NCBI GenBank assembly: GCA_963828465.1
Contig: CAWHEU010000022.1
Location: 192,001-256,000 of the forward strand
Direction: 5' to 3'
Length of the DNA stretch: 64,000 bases
Source of the DNA: an uncultured Acidobacteriota bacterium
GTDB lineage: Bacteria > Actinomycetota > Acidimicrobiia > Spongiisociales > ZC4RG35
Of the stretch, positions 9,111-18,912 are shown in pieces. The notes under the pieces are model-generated. The model searched no databases, had not been told where the DNA came from, and saw only the letters and a program-made list of their open reading frames with translations. Every line of letters starts with the position of its first letter. The stretch's first letter is position 1. The translations under genes were made by a program, and so were the position numbers.

Positions 9111-9692
9111 ATGGAGACCGGGCCTACGATCCGCACCGAGCGCCTGGTCCTCCGAAGGTGGACCGACGACGACCGAGCCGGGTTTGCCGCGCTCAACGCC
9201 GACCCGGAGGTGATGGAGCACTTTCCCGGTGTCCTCACAGCCCAGGAGTCGGACCAACTGATGCAGACGATCGAGCTTCATTTCGAGGAGTTCGGCTTCG
9301 GGTTGTGGGCGGTAGAAACACTCTGGGCGTCGAGGCTCGTTGGCTTCGCCGGTCTTGCCGTCCCGACCTTCCGCACCCACTTCACCCCTGCCGTCGAGAT
9401 CGGCTGGCGCTTCGCCCGGGCCGAGTGGGGGAACGGATTTGCCACCGAAGCCGCCAAGGCAGCACTCGAATTCGGATTCGATCAGGCCGGCTTGGACGAG
9501 ATCCTTAGTTGGACGGTCCCCGCCAACGAGCGATCCCAGGGAGTGATGATCCGACTGGGCATGACCCGCGCTCCCGAGCTGGACTTCGATCATCCCCGGC
9601 TTGGCGACGACGATCGGCTTCGCCGTCACGTCGTGTACCGCATGACCCGCGAGGAGTGGGCGGAACAGGCCGCGTCGATCGCCCCCTCATAA
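9111..9692 (+). CDS. GNAT N-acetyltransferase, RimJ/RimL type
   Basis: TERLVLRRW, EIGWRF...WGNGFATEAA, NERSQGVM.RLGM. Confidence 0.92.
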   Translation: METGPTIRTERLVLRRWTDDDRAGFAALNADPEVMEHFPGVLTAQESDQLMQTIELHFEEFGFGLWAVETLWASRLVGFAGLAVPTFRTHFTPAVEIGWRFARAEWGNGFATEAAKAALEFGFDQAGLDEILSWTVPANERSQGVMIRLGMTRAPELDFDHPRLGDDDRLRRHVVYRMTREEWAEQAASIAPS

Positions 9693-9735
9693 TTCACCCG
9701 CAGCTATGACCGACGATTCCTAGCCTCGACGGGTC

Positions 9736-10767
9736 ATGTCTTCCCACATCGAATACGTCGACACGCGTACTGCGCCCGAGGAGACCCTCGAAGCGATGCA
9801 TGAGCTGCATCTCGCCTTCGACGAAGAGGTCCTGCCCGGTGATCCACCAGAGCCCGCAGCTCAGCGCCTACTCGACTGGCGTCATCCACTCGATTGCGAG
9901 CGGGTGTCTCATTGGGTCGTGTGGAAAGGCCCCGAGATCGTTGCCACATCCGGTCTCCATGTCGACCTGGTCCAGAACCTGGCGAACGCGTTCGGTTGGG
10001 TCTTCGTGCATCCCCATCATCGTGGATCCGGCTACGGAAGAGCGATAGCGACGGCGATGGTCGACGCTGCCGAGACTGATGGTCGGACCCGGTTGGCCAT
10101 CGGCATCCCCGACGGGCGGCCCGAGGAAGCCCTGGCCAGGCGCGCCGGCATGAAGTCGGCGTATCGGGAAAAGGTGAGCCGTCTGTCATTCGCCGAGATC
10201 GACTGGACGCTCATGGAGTCATGGATGGCACGGGCGGCCGAGCGCGCATCCGATTACGAGCTGTTATTCCTGCCTAGCCCTCTCGACGACCAATACCTCG
10301 AGGCGTACTGCAATTTGATGTTCGTGATGAACTCGGCTCCCCAGGAGGACTACGTCGAGGAAGAGGAAGAGATCATGACACCTGAGATCTGGCGTGACCT
10401 CGAGGGGAAGTACGGCGTGGAAGCGGAACGGGAGATCCTCACCTACGTCGCCCGGCACAAGCCGACTGGCGAGCTGGCCGGATACACGAATGTTGCCTAC
10501 AGACGCCTCCAGCCCGATCTCGTCGAACAGTGGGACACCGGTGTGGACCCCAAACACCGCAACAAAGGCCTCGGGCGTTGGGTCAAGGCCGCCATGGCGC
10601 TCAAACTCCGTGAGACGTACCCGAGTGTGCGCCGCATCGACACCGAGAACGCCGGATCCAACGCGCCAATGCTCGGCATCAATGTTGAGATGGGTTTCAA
10701 GCCGATCCTGATCCAGAATGTTTGGCAGGGTGACCTCGCGGCCATCCGCGCAAATCTTGGGATCTAG
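9736..10767 (+). CDS. Tandem-domain GNAT acetyltransferase
   Basis: VHPHHRGSGYG and TGVDPKHRNKGLG, TENAGSNAPMLGIN..MGF. Confidence 0.9.
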   Translation: MSSHIEYVDTRTAPEETLEAMHELHLAFDEEVLPGDPPEPAAQRLLDWRHPLDCERVSHWVVWKGPEIVATSGLHVDLVQNLANAFGWVFVHPHHRGSGYGRAIATAMVDAAETDGRTRLAIGIPDGRPEEALARRAGMKSAYREKVSRLSFAEIDWTLMESWMARAAERASDYELLFLPSPLDDQYLEAYCNLMFVMNSAPQEDYVEEEEEIMTPEIWRDLEGKYGVEAEREILTYVARHKPTGELAGYTNVAYRRLQPDLVEQWDTGVDPKHRNKGLGRWVKAAMALKLRETYPSVRRIDTENAGSNAPMLGINVEMGFKPILIQNVWQGDLAAIRANLGI

Positions 10768-10818
10768 CACTGGACCCTGAGCCAGCCTCGACACCTTCGT
10801 ATATTGCCGAGCGCTAGG

Positions 10819-11496
10819 TCAGCCCTCTCCCCAGCCCTGGGCCGACTCGGCGCCCTCGTGTTCGCCCTCGAGGCGGGCCACATAGGCAGCGGCCTCGCTC
10901 CGACGGCTCATTCCCATCTTGGCCAGGAGGTTGGACACGTAGTTCTTCACCGTCTTCTCAGCCAAGAACATCTCATCGGCGATCTGCTTGTTGGTCAGCC
11001 CGTCGGCGATATAGCCGACGATCGTTCGTTCCTGCTTGCTCAGTTTCGACAGGAGAGGATCTTCGTTCGAGCCGTTGCGGAGGCGGGTGAACAGACGCTC
11101 GGTCATATCCGGGTCGAGCAGGGACTCACCGGCGCCCACCCTCCGAATGTCATCGACCAGGTCGGTCATCTTTACTCGTTTGAGGACATAGCCGGAGGCA
11201 CCCGCAAGGATCGCCGACATCAAGGCCTCTTCATCGGCGAACGACGTCAGCATCAACACCTTCACGTCTGGGAATCGGGAGCGGATATCGCGACAGGCCT
11301 CGACGCCACTCCCGTCGGGGAGTCGCACATCCAGGACGACAACATCGGGCTCGTCAAAGCCGACCCGTCGCACCCCTTCTGCCGCGGTTCCCGCTTCACC
11401 CACGACCTCTAGGTCGTCCTCAGCGTCGAGAAGGGCCTTGACCCCGGCTCGGACGATCTCGTGGTCGTCAACCAATAGAACTTTGAGTTTCGTCAT
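10819..11496 (-). CDS. dosR: DosR/DevR-like NarL-family response regulator
   Basis: LVDDHEIVR receiver; C-terminal TNKQIADEMFLAEKTVKNYVS nearly matches the mycobacterial DosR HTH. Confidence 0.88.
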   Translation of the reverse strand: MTKLKVLLVDDHEIVRAGVKALLDAEDDLEVVGEAGTAAEGVRRVGFDEPDVVVLDVRLPDGSGVEACRDIRSRFPDVKVLMLTSFADEEALMSAILAGASGYVLKRVKMTDLVDDIRRVGAGESLLDPDMTERLFTRLRNGSNEDPLLSKLSKQERTIVGYIADGLTNKQIADEMFLAEKTVKNYVSNLLAKMGMSRRSEAAAYVARLEGEHEGAESAQGWGEG

Positions 11497-11529
11497 CGAG
11501 AAAAACGGTAGCTGTATGGTCGCCGTCCG

Positions 11530-12639
11530 ATGTCCAAGCCAACAGGTGTGCACCGGCTGCCGGAGTTGATCGAGGCGGCGGCAGCCGTCGTTGGGGCGGG
11601 CGATCTGGAGCAGGTGCTCAGAAGTCTCGTGGCAGAGGCGAAGGGAGCGACCGGTGCCAGATATGCGGCTCTTGGCGTCATCGGCGAGCACGGTGTGCTC
11701 ACCGAATTCCTGCATGAGGGTCTCACAGACGAGCAGACGGCCAGCATTGGGGCGCTTCCCACCGGCAAGGGAGTGCTGGGGACGCTGGTGCGGGAGAAGC
11801 GAACCATCCGGCTCCACTCGATCGCCGATCATCCCGACTCGTACGGCTTTCCGCCGAACCACCCGCCGATGCGGAGCTTCTTGGGTGTCCCGGTGGCAGC
11901 TGGCGGCAGAGCATTCGGCAATCTCTATCTCACCGAGAAAGACGGTGGCTTCACCGATGACGACGTAATGCTCGTCGAGGCGTTGAGCCGAATCGCCGGC
12001 TCGGCAGTGACGACAGCACGACTTCAGGAGCGTCTGCGGTCGATCGCGGTCGGCGAGGATCGGGAGAGAATCGCCAGGGACCTCCATGACTCGGTGATCC
12101 AGGATCTCTTTGCGGTTGGCCTCGCCCTCCAGGGGATCGCCGAACGGGTAGCCGACTCCACGGCCGCCTCCACGATCGATGCCTCGGTGGACCGGCTGGA
12201 TGTTGTCGTCGAGTCGCTTCGCGCCTACATCTTCCAGCTCAGAGCGACCAGTGACAGACGTCAACTCGACGACCGACTCCAGGAGCTGGTCTCACGCATG
12301 GGCTCGGCGTATCCGGCGTCGGTGACCCTCGAGATAACCGTCGTACGCCTGCCAAACGGGCAGCTCGAGGACGAGGTCGTCAAGTGTGTCAGCGAGGCGC
12401 TGAGCAATGCTCTCCGTCACTCCGGCGGCGCAGATGTCGAGGTGGTCGTCGATGCCGACCCAGACTGGTGCCGCATTTGGGTGCGTGACAACGGCGCCGG
12501 CTTCGACCCAGCTTCGTCGACGACCGGGATGGGTTTGGCCAATCTGGCTGCTCGGGCCGCCAGCCTGGGCGGACGCATCGATGTGACAAGCAGGCCGGGC
12601 GAAGGTACGACAGTCGACGTGCGACTCCCGATCAGCTGA
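11530..12639 (+). CDS. dosS: DosS/DosT-like GAF sensor histidine kinase
   Basis: GFPPNHPPMRSFLGVPV and FGNLYLTEK heme-GAF motifs; DRERIARDLHD HisKA_3; single GAF. Confidence 0.88.
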   Translation: MSKPTGVHRLPELIEAAAAVVGAGDLEQVLRSLVAEAKGATGARYAALGVIGEHGVLTEFLHEGLTDEQTASIGALPTGKGVLGTLVREKRTIRLHSIADHPDSYGFPPNHPPMRSFLGVPVAAGGRAFGNLYLTEKDGGFTDDDVMLVEALSRIAGSAVTTARLQERLRSIAVGEDRERIARDLHDSVIQDLFAVGLALQGIAERVADSTAASTIDASVDRLDVVVESLRAYIFQLRATSDRRQLDDRLQELVSRMGSAYPASVTLEITVVRLPNGQLEDEVVKCVSEALSNALRHSGGADVEVVVDADPDWCRIWVRDNGAGFDPASSTTGMGLANLAARAASLGGRIDVTSRPGEGTTVDVRLPIS

Positions 12640-13090
12640 CAGTGTGGACTGCGATCAATGATTCAGCGAGGCGATCCACCCAGGACTTCACCGTCGATTC
12701 CGCAATGCGTCGCAGGAGGATCCTGTCCACGACTCTGCCCAATTGCCCCAGCGGGGGCTCGTAGGTGCCGTCCATGGTGATCCTGGTCCTGTGGATCCCG
12801 AGGTGGGAGACGACCAGATCGGCGTTCAGCCGGGGAAACAGCTCCTCGGCTCCCACGGCCGACCAGCTCACCGGATAGATGAGACCGGTCCGATGGATCT
12901 GCGGAGAGCCGATCTCGAGCCGCACCTCCTTGGCGAGATTCCCAAAGCCTGGCCCCACCCGGGAACGCAGCTCCTCGCCTTCGCGGTAGGCGAGATCTGC
13001 CAGAGCGCTGAGTTGGGATTCGACGTCGCCGAGCGCACGTTCCACAACCGGCATGGAGAGAGGCACCTCGGCCTCGTAACGGACGAACAT
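12632..13090 (-). CDS. Conserved hypothetical protein (SRPBCC-like fold possible)
   Basis: LFPRLNADL, GTYEPPLGQLGRVVDR; coupled to the upstream gene. Confidence 0.7.
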   Translation of the reverse strand: MFVRYEAEVPLSMPVVERALGDVESQLSALADLAYREGEELRSRVGPGFGNLAKEVRLEIGSPQIHRTGLIYPVSWSAVGAEELFPRLNADLVVSHLGIHRTRITMDGTYEPPLGQLGRVVDRILLRRIAESTVKSWVDRLAESLIAVHTVS

Positions 13091-13551
13091 CAGAGACGGC
13101 CGGGACGGGTCCGGTATGAGAATCCCCGGCCCGAGCTCATGCCGGTGATCTCATCGATACTGACCTCGAGCACGTGGGGGAAGCTGGCCATTGGCTGAAG
13201 GCCACCGGTGCCCAATGGTGAGCCAAGCACCGCCGCGTACTTCTCGAGCAGCATCTCGACAGCGTGGGACGTGGTTGGCTCGTCGGTTCGCTCGACCGCA
13301 GTCCCTTTGACCACGACGCTCACCCAGTCCCCTGATTCATCGTCGAAGCTCGAGACCTCGACGCACACTCTCGGATTGTCCTCGATTGCCTCGAACCGTT
13401 TGCCCGGCTTGGTGCGAAACAGCAGGCGCCGCCCGTCGAGGACGAACGACATCGGTGTTACGTAGGGCTTGCCGTCATCGATCACTCCGAGATGGGCCAC
13501 CATCTCATGCTCGAGAAAGTCGAACGCCTCGGCCTCGCTGATGGACTCCAT
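13090..13551 (-). CDS. Pyridoxamine 5'-phosphate oxidase-like flavin-binding protein
   Basis: PYVTPMSF, FRTKPGK, NPRVCVEV, WVSVVVKG. Confidence 0.88.
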   Translation of the reverse strand: MESISEAEAFDFLEHEMVAHLGVIDDGKPYVTPMSFVLDGRRLLFRTKPGKRFEAIEDNPRVCVEVSSFDDESGDWVSVVVKGTAVERTDEPTTSHAVEMLLEKYAAVLGSPLGTGGLQPMASFPHVLEVSIDEITGMSSGRGFSYRTRPGRL

Positions 13552-13554
13552 GGC

Positions 13555-13936
13555 TCAACCCGCGTCGTCAGTGACGGCCCACAGGACATCCTTTATCGAT
13601 ATGACACCCAGGACCGCATCACCGTCTACCACCGGGAGGTGGCGAAAGCCGGTGGCGAGCATCCACGCGGCCGCCTCCTCGACTTCCATCTCCGGACCGA
13701 ACGAATCCGGGTACTCCGTCATCCAATTGGTGGCGATGTCGCGATCGAGGTCGGCGTCGTTTGCAACGGCACGGAGGAGGTCGCGTTCGGTGAGGATCCC
13801 TTCGAGTGCCCCATCGACCTCGACGGCCACCGAGCCCACCTCCGTGGCCATCATCGTCTCGGCTGCCTGACGCAACGTTCGCGTCGGGACCGACCCACAC
13901 AACGTCGCCCCCGACCAACTCCCGTACTTGCATCAT
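13555..13936 (-). CDS. CBS-domain protein (frameshift near 13880)
   Basis: GILTERDLL, FRHLPVVD, GVISIKDV; N-terminus MQVRELVGGDVVWVGP in adjacent frame. Confidence 0.88.
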
Positions 13937-13983
13937 CGAACCTCCATCGTCTCTCCAATGATCGCGACCCTGGATTGTCCGGA

Positions 13984-14003
13984 TTAGGGGCCTTTGCCCC
14001 TAA
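13984..14003. promoter_or_regulatory. Putative DosR box
   Basis: TTAGGGGCCTTTGCCCCTAA, 20-bp palindrome resembling TTSGGGACTWWAGTCCCSAA. Confidence 0.7.
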
Positions 14004-14037
14004 TGGCCATGTCAGGCCTTTCTTACATTCGGGGTGT

Positions 14038-15432
14038 ATGACTCCACAACGTGATGACACGCGGGATCTGTCGCCTGCCCGCGCCTTCGATCGCTTCCTG
14101 ATAATCCTGTCGCTGATCGGTCTGGCGGTGGCCGCACTGGCCGCGATCGTTGCCTTTCGCGGACAGCCGGCTGGTGCAACCGGCCAGGAAGGTGAGCCTA
14201 CCGAGCAACAGATCGTCGAGTACTCCCTGTCGGAATTCGCCATCGACGGCATGGCAGAGATCCCGGCTGGGGCAACGGTGTTTCAGGCCACGAACAACGG
14301 ATCGACCGCGCACAATCTGGCTCTCGAAGGTGGCCCGACCACTCCGGACCTCGCCGCTGGAGACTCGGCGCAACTGGACGTTGGCGAGCTCGCCCCTGGC
14401 TCCTACGTCATCTTCTGCTCGATCGCAGGGCATCGCGAGGCGGGCATGGAGACGACGATCAATGTGGTCGAGGGGGCGGTCGGCCCCGGTGAAGGCGACC
14501 ACGGTGACCACGAGGGCACTGAAGCCGATTGGGCCGAGCTCGACCGCCTGATGGAGGAGTCGATGATGGCGTTTCCCGCCGAGACCGAGGGGGACGGCAA
14601 TCAGCCGCTCGAGCCGACTGTCCTGGCCGATGGCACCAAGGAGTTCCACCTGACCGCGGCGATCACCGACTGGGAGGTCGAGCCGGGCAAGGTGGTCGAA
14701 GCCTGGACGTACAACCGGATGGTGCCGGCACCGAAGATCCAGGTGGACGTGGGGGACAAAGTTCGGGTGGTCGTGGAGAACCAGCTTCCGATGGGCACCG
14801 ATGTGCACTGGCACGGAGTGAAGGTCCCCAACAGCATGGACGGGGTCGCCCCCCTCACACAGCCACTGATCAAACCTGGTGAGAGCTTTGTCTATGAGTT
14901 CACCACCCGGGAGCCGATGGTGGCGATGTACCACGCCCACCATCACGGGCAGATGCAGGTTCCCAACGGGATGTTCGGGACGTTTATGGTCGGCGAGGTA
15001 GCGATGCCCGTCGGCCAGACCATCTCTGGCGTTGAGATCCCGGCCGACCTCGTGGTTTCGCAGGAGATCCCGATGGTGCTGAACGACGCCGGGGTCATTG
15101 GCCTCAGCCTCAACGGCAAGTCGTTCCCGGCCACTCAGCCGTATACCGGCAAGGTGGGGGACTGGGTCGTGGTCCATTACTTCAACGAAGGCCTGCAGAT
15201 CCATCCCATGCACCAACATCAATTCCGTCAGCTGGTGTACGCCAAGGACGGCGTCCCGTTGGACAGTCCTTACTGGATAGACACCCTCAACGTTGCCCCG
15301 GGTGAGCGCTACTCGGTTCTGATGCAGCTGGAAGACCCGGGTGTCTGGGTCTGGCACTGCCACATCCTCACCCACGTGGAGCGAGACGAGGGCATGTTTG
15401 GGATGGCAACCGCTTTCATCGTCGAGGAGTAG
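14038..15432 (+). CDS. Membrane-anchored two-domain multicopper oxidase with extra N-terminal cupredoxin
   Basis: TM; HN..CSIAGHREAGM blue-copper site; HWHG, YHAHHH, HPMHQH, WHCHILTH..GM. Confidence 0.88.
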   Translation: MTPQRDDTRDLSPARAFDRFLIILSLIGLAVAALAAIVAFRGQPAGATGQEGEPTEQQIVEYSLSEFAIDGMAEIPAGATVFQATNNGSTAHNLALEGGPTTPDLAAGDSAQLDVGELAPGSYVIFCSIAGHREAGMETTINVVEGAVGPGEGDHGDHEGTEADWAELDRLMEESMMAFPAETEGDGNQPLEPTVLADGTKEFHLTAAITDWEVEPGKVVEAWTYNRMVPAPKIQVDVGDKVRVVVENQLPMGTDVHWHGVKVPNSMDGVAPLTQPLIKPGESFVYEFTTREPMVAMYHAHHHGQMQVPNGMFGTFMVGEVAMPVGQTISGVEIPADLVVSQEIPMVLNDAGVIGLSLNGKSFPATQPYTGKVGDWVVVHYFNEGLQIHPMHQHQFRQLVYAKDGVPLDSPYWIDTLNVAPGERYSVLMQLEDPGVWVWHCHILTHVERDEGMFGMATAFIVEE

Positions 15433-15448
15433 GGCTAACTTCCCGCCG

Positions 15449-16174
15449 ATGCTTCGCAAGACCGAATCAGGCGAGCCTGTCGAAGATCTCGTCGGGCTTT
15501 ACATGAGTGACGACCGGAAAACCGATGGCCGGCCGTGGGTGTTGGTCAATTTCATCAGCTCCGCCGACGGGGGAACGGCGATCGCAGGCAAGTCCTCGAG
15601 TCTCGGCGACCCCGATGACAAAGCGGTGTTTCAGGCGTTGAGGGCAGTGCCCGACGTGATCCTGGTCGGGTCTGGAACGGTCGAGGCCGAGAACTACCAA
15701 CCCGTCGCTCTCGACGAGGAGCGTCGGGAGCGAAGAGTCGCGGCCGGCCTCACCGAGGTCCCCGTTCTGGCAATCGTGTCGGGACGGCTGAGCTTCGACC
15801 CCGACGCCCGGGTGTTTTCCGACCCAGAACACCGGCCGATGGTCATCACCGGACCCAACGCCGACCCGGCAAAGCTGGCCATGCTGGGGGATGCCGCCGA
15901 TGTGGTGATACTCGAGGACGTGACACCCGAGGCGATTCTCGCTCGGCTCGGTGCGGCGAAGGTGATTCTCTGTGAGGGTGGGCCCACACTGGTCGGACAG
16001 TTCGTAGCCGAGCACCTGGTCGACGAGCTCGCTTTGACCATCGCCCCCGTCATGATCGGTGGGCGGTCGGCCCGAATCGCACATGGGGACCTCGCCGATC
16101 CTCCGATCGAGATGAACCTGGACAGGCAACTCATCGGCGATCGATCGATTTTTCTGCGATATTTGAAGACCTGA
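15449..16174 (+). CDS. RibD C-terminal-like reductase (DHFR fold)
   Basis: NFISSADG, ILVGSGTVEAENY, LCEGGPTL, VDELALTIAP. Confidence 0.88.
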   Translation: MLRKTESGEPVEDLVGLYMSDDRKTDGRPWVLVNFISSADGGTAIAGKSSSLGDPDDKAVFQALRAVPDVILVGSGTVEAENYQPVALDEERRERRVAAGLTEVPVLAIVSGRLSFDPDARVFSDPEHRPMVITGPNADPAKLAMLGDAADVVILEDVTPEAILARLGAAKVILCEGGPTLVGQFVAEHLVDELALTIAPVMIGGRSARIAHGDLADPPIEMNLDRQLIGDRSIFLRYLKT

Positions 16175-16190
16175 GGCCAAGGGAGAAGCC

Positions 16191-17474
16191 ATGGGACTGC
16201 ATGAGGAGCTCTTCGAAAGACACAAAGCGGTCCTGCCCGGTTGGGCGCCGCTGTATTACGAGCAGCCCATCGCAATCGTCGATGGCGATGGCCGCTATGT
16301 CACCGACGCAGAAGGCAACCAGTATCTCGATTTCTTCGGTGGAATCCTGGTGACCATGTCCGGGTACAAGGTCCCGGAGGTGGTGGAGGCGATCAAGGCC
16401 CAAGCCGACCGGATGCTCCATACCTCGACTCTGTACCTGATCGAGTCCCAGATCGAGCTTGCCGAGAAGATCGCTGGGTTGTCCGGCATCCCCGATGCCA
16501 AGGTCTTCTTCACGAATTCGGGCACCGAAGCCAACGATGCTGCCCTGATGATTGCCACCACCTACAAGAAGTCGAACCAGGTGTTGGCAATTCGGGGCAG
16601 CTATCACGGCAAGTCACACTCCGCGATCGCGGTCACCGGCCAGAAGGCCTGGTCCGGGACCAGTTTCTCGCCATTCCAGGTGACGTATATCCACGGTGGT
16701 TACAAGCTGCGCAGTCCGTTCGGGCACCTTCCCGACGAGGACTTCATCGCGGCATGTGTCGCCGATCTCAAAGACTTGCTCGGCGTAGCCGTCGCCGGCA
16801 GCCCGGCTGTGATGATCGCTGAGCCCATTCAAGGGGTGGGCGGGTTCGTGACACCGCCCGATGGCTTCTTCCGGGCGATGAAGGAGGTCCTCGACGAGAA
16901 CGGCATCCTCTTCATCTCGGATGAGGTGCAGACAGGCTGGGGACGGACCGGCGAGCACTTCTGGGGATACCAGGCCCATGGCATCGTCCCCGACCTCCTC
17001 ACGTTCGCCAAGGGGATCGGCAACGGGCTCAGTATCGGCGGTGTGGTGGCGTCGGCGGAGCTCATGGATTCGTATCCGGCCCTCGGAATCTCCACATTCG
17101 GCGGCAACCCTTTGGCCACGGCCGGTGCGCTGGCAAACCTCGACTATTTGCTCGACAACGACCTGCAGACCAACGCTCTCAAGGTGGGAAACCGGTTGAT
17201 GCAGAGCCTCGTGCCCCTCTCCGAGGAACTGGAAGTGATCGGCGAGGTGCGCGGCAAGGGTCTGATGATCGGCCTCGAGCTGGTGAAACCCGACGGGGCG
17301 CCATCACCGGAAGCGGCATCCGCGGTCCTGGAGGCTGCCAGGGAGGAAGGCCTCCTCATAGGAAAGGGGGGTCTCTACGGAAACTCGCTCCGGCTGGCCC
17401 CACCGCTCTCAATCACCGAGGAAGAAGCCGACGAGGGCTTCGCCCGTCTCGAACGGGCCCTACGCAAAACTTAA
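16191..17474 (+). CDS. Class III PLP aminotransferase (AGXT2/GABA-type)
   Basis: YLDFFGG, NSGTEAN, EPIQGVGG, DEVQTGWGRTG, TFAKG. Confidence 0.93.
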   Translation: MGLHEELFERHKAVLPGWAPLYYEQPIAIVDGDGRYVTDAEGNQYLDFFGGILVTMSGYKVPEVVEAIKAQADRMLHTSTLYLIESQIELAEKIAGLSGIPDAKVFFTNSGTEANDAALMIATTYKKSNQVLAIRGSYHGKSHSAIAVTGQKAWSGTSFSPFQVTYIHGGYKLRSPFGHLPDEDFIAACVADLKDLLGVAVAGSPAVMIAEPIQGVGGFVTPPDGFFRAMKEVLDENGILFISDEVQTGWGRTGEHFWGYQAHGIVPDLLTFAKGIGNGLSIGGVVASAELMDSYPALGISTFGGNPLATAGALANLDYLLDNDLQTNALKVGNRLMQSLVPLSEELEVIGEVRGKGLMIGLELVKPDGAPSPEAASAVLEAAREEGLLIGKGGLYGNSLRLAPPLSITEEEADEGFARLERALRKT

Positions 17475-17600
17475 TAGCTACAACGTAAAACGCCTCATGG
17501 GGATAGTTCCCCAAGGGATGATCCCCCTTCCCAGATGACGCCCCGGCGACCCACCATTCGAATGCGTCGTGATGGGCACGACCATCTGGAGGGATCGATA

Positions 17601-17813
17601 ATGAATCTTGCCGTCGGATTTCCTTGTCCAAATTGCGGGCATGAGGAAGCCAATCTCCTGGCGCTCGAGAGGAATCAGTACGCCGAAGTGATCGGCTTCC
17701 GCCTCTCTTGCAACAAATGCGAATCGGTATTCGCCGAGAGCAGACTCACGAGTGAGGAAACGCAGACCTATGTTGCAGCGCAAAACGAGGCAGCCAGATC
17801 ATGGGTTGCCTGA
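17601..17813 (+). CDS. Small zinc-ribbon protein (70 aa)
   Basis: CPNC and CNKC pairs; GGAGG RBS before ATG 17601. Confidence 0.7.
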   Translation: MNLAVGFPCPNCGHEEANLLALERNQYAEVIGFRLSCNKCESVFAESRLTSEETQTYVAAQNEAARSWVA

Positions 17814-17855
17814 GCAACGACCCGTTGGTCAAAGGCGGTCGCTAGCGAACGATCG

Positions 17856-18806
17856 CTAGAGCAGTGCTTGCAGATCGATGTCGCAGCTGGGGTGGCGTAG
17901 TTTGGCCAGCCCTCTCGCTTCGATCTGACGAACCCGTTCCCGGGTGGAGTTGATGACCTTGCCCACGTCGGACAAGGTCCAGGGCTCATCTCCATCGAGA
18001 CCGAAGCGCAGCCAGAGGACCTGTTGCTCTTCGGGATCGAGGATCTGAAGAGCCTTGATGAGCCGGTCCCGGCGCCATGCCGCCGCGGCACGGGCCTCGG
18101 GGTCCACTGCGGTCGCATCCTCGACGAAATCCTGCAGCGAGGCGTCGCCGTCTTCTCCCACGGGCCGGTCGAGGGAGACGGTCTCCGCCGGAGCCTCGAG
18201 TGCAGCCAGGACCCGCTCGGTATCCAGGCCGGAAGCCTCCGAGATCTCCTCGAGGGTGGGGGCGCGGTGGTATTTGTCGTGCAGGCTCTGGCGGGTGTCC
18301 TGGACCGTGCGAACCACATCGACCATGTGGACCGGGAGGCGGATGGTCTTGCCGTTGTTTCCCAGACCCCGCGTGATCGCCTGGCGGATCCACCAAGTGG
18401 CATATGTGGAGAACTTGAAGCCCTTGCGCCAGTCGAACTTCTCCACAGCCCGGATCAATCCCAGGTTGCCTTCCTGGATCAGGTCGAGAAGATCGAGGCC
18501 GCGCCCGGTGTATCGCTTGGCGATCGAGATGACCAAACGCAGGTTGGACCGGATGAAGGTCATCTTGGCCTCGTCGCCCTCGGCGACGAGACGCATCAGC
18601 TTGACCCGGTCCGCCTTTTCGTAATCACCCGATTCCAGCGTTGCCTTGGCCTTTTTCCCCAGCTCCATCGAACGCGAGAGATGGACTTCGTCCTCGGCGG
18701 TTAGGAGTAGGTGGGCCGAGACTTCGTCGAGATACAGGCCGACGGTGTCGGCGGGACTCGAGCCCCGCTCGGGTCTGGCGTCTTTGGCCCTTATGGCCTT
18801 CCCCAA
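17856..18806 (-). CDS. Group 2 sigma70 factor (RpoD-like, no region 1.1)
   Basis: NLRLVISIAKRY, DLIQEGNLGLIRAVEKFD..KGFKFSTYATWWIRQA, TRERVRQIE. Confidence 0.93.
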   Translation of the reverse strand: MGKAIRAKDARPERGSSPADTVGLYLDEVSAHLLLTAEDEVHLSRSMELGKKAKATLESGDYEKADRVKLMRLVAEGDEAKMTFIRSNLRLVISIAKRYTGRGLDLLDLIQEGNLGLIRAVEKFDWRKGFKFSTYATWWIRQAITRGLGNNGKTIRLPVHMVDVVRTVQDTRQSLHDKYHRAPTLEEISEASGLDTERVLAALEAPAETVSLDRPVGEDGDASLQDFVEDATAVDPEARAAAAWRRDRLIKALQILDPEEQQVLWLRFGLDGDEPWTLSDVGKVINSTRERVRQIEARGLAKLRHPSCDIDLQALL

Positions 18807-18912
18807 ATTCCGACCCTTCCTGTCAAGCCCTGTGGAAAACTAACGCTCCTGGCTGAATCTGGCAAACGGTTTTCTGTTTAACGCCCGGTGAACAAGTAAT
18901 CTCGGTCGCTCA

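Noticed and set aside
10819-12264. 481-aa extended response regulator
   Set aside because: The extension is antisense to the sensor kinase; the receiver domain begins at ATG 11496.
13492-14037. N-terminal extension of the multicopper oxidase to 646 aa
   Set aside because: Antisense to the CBS gene and spans the regulatory palindrome; the likely start is 14038.
14038-15432. Copper nitrite reductase NirK
   Set aside because: The first oxidase domain lacks the type 1 Cys and the second has HCH with trinuclear-cluster His pairs, which fits a type B two-domain MCO.
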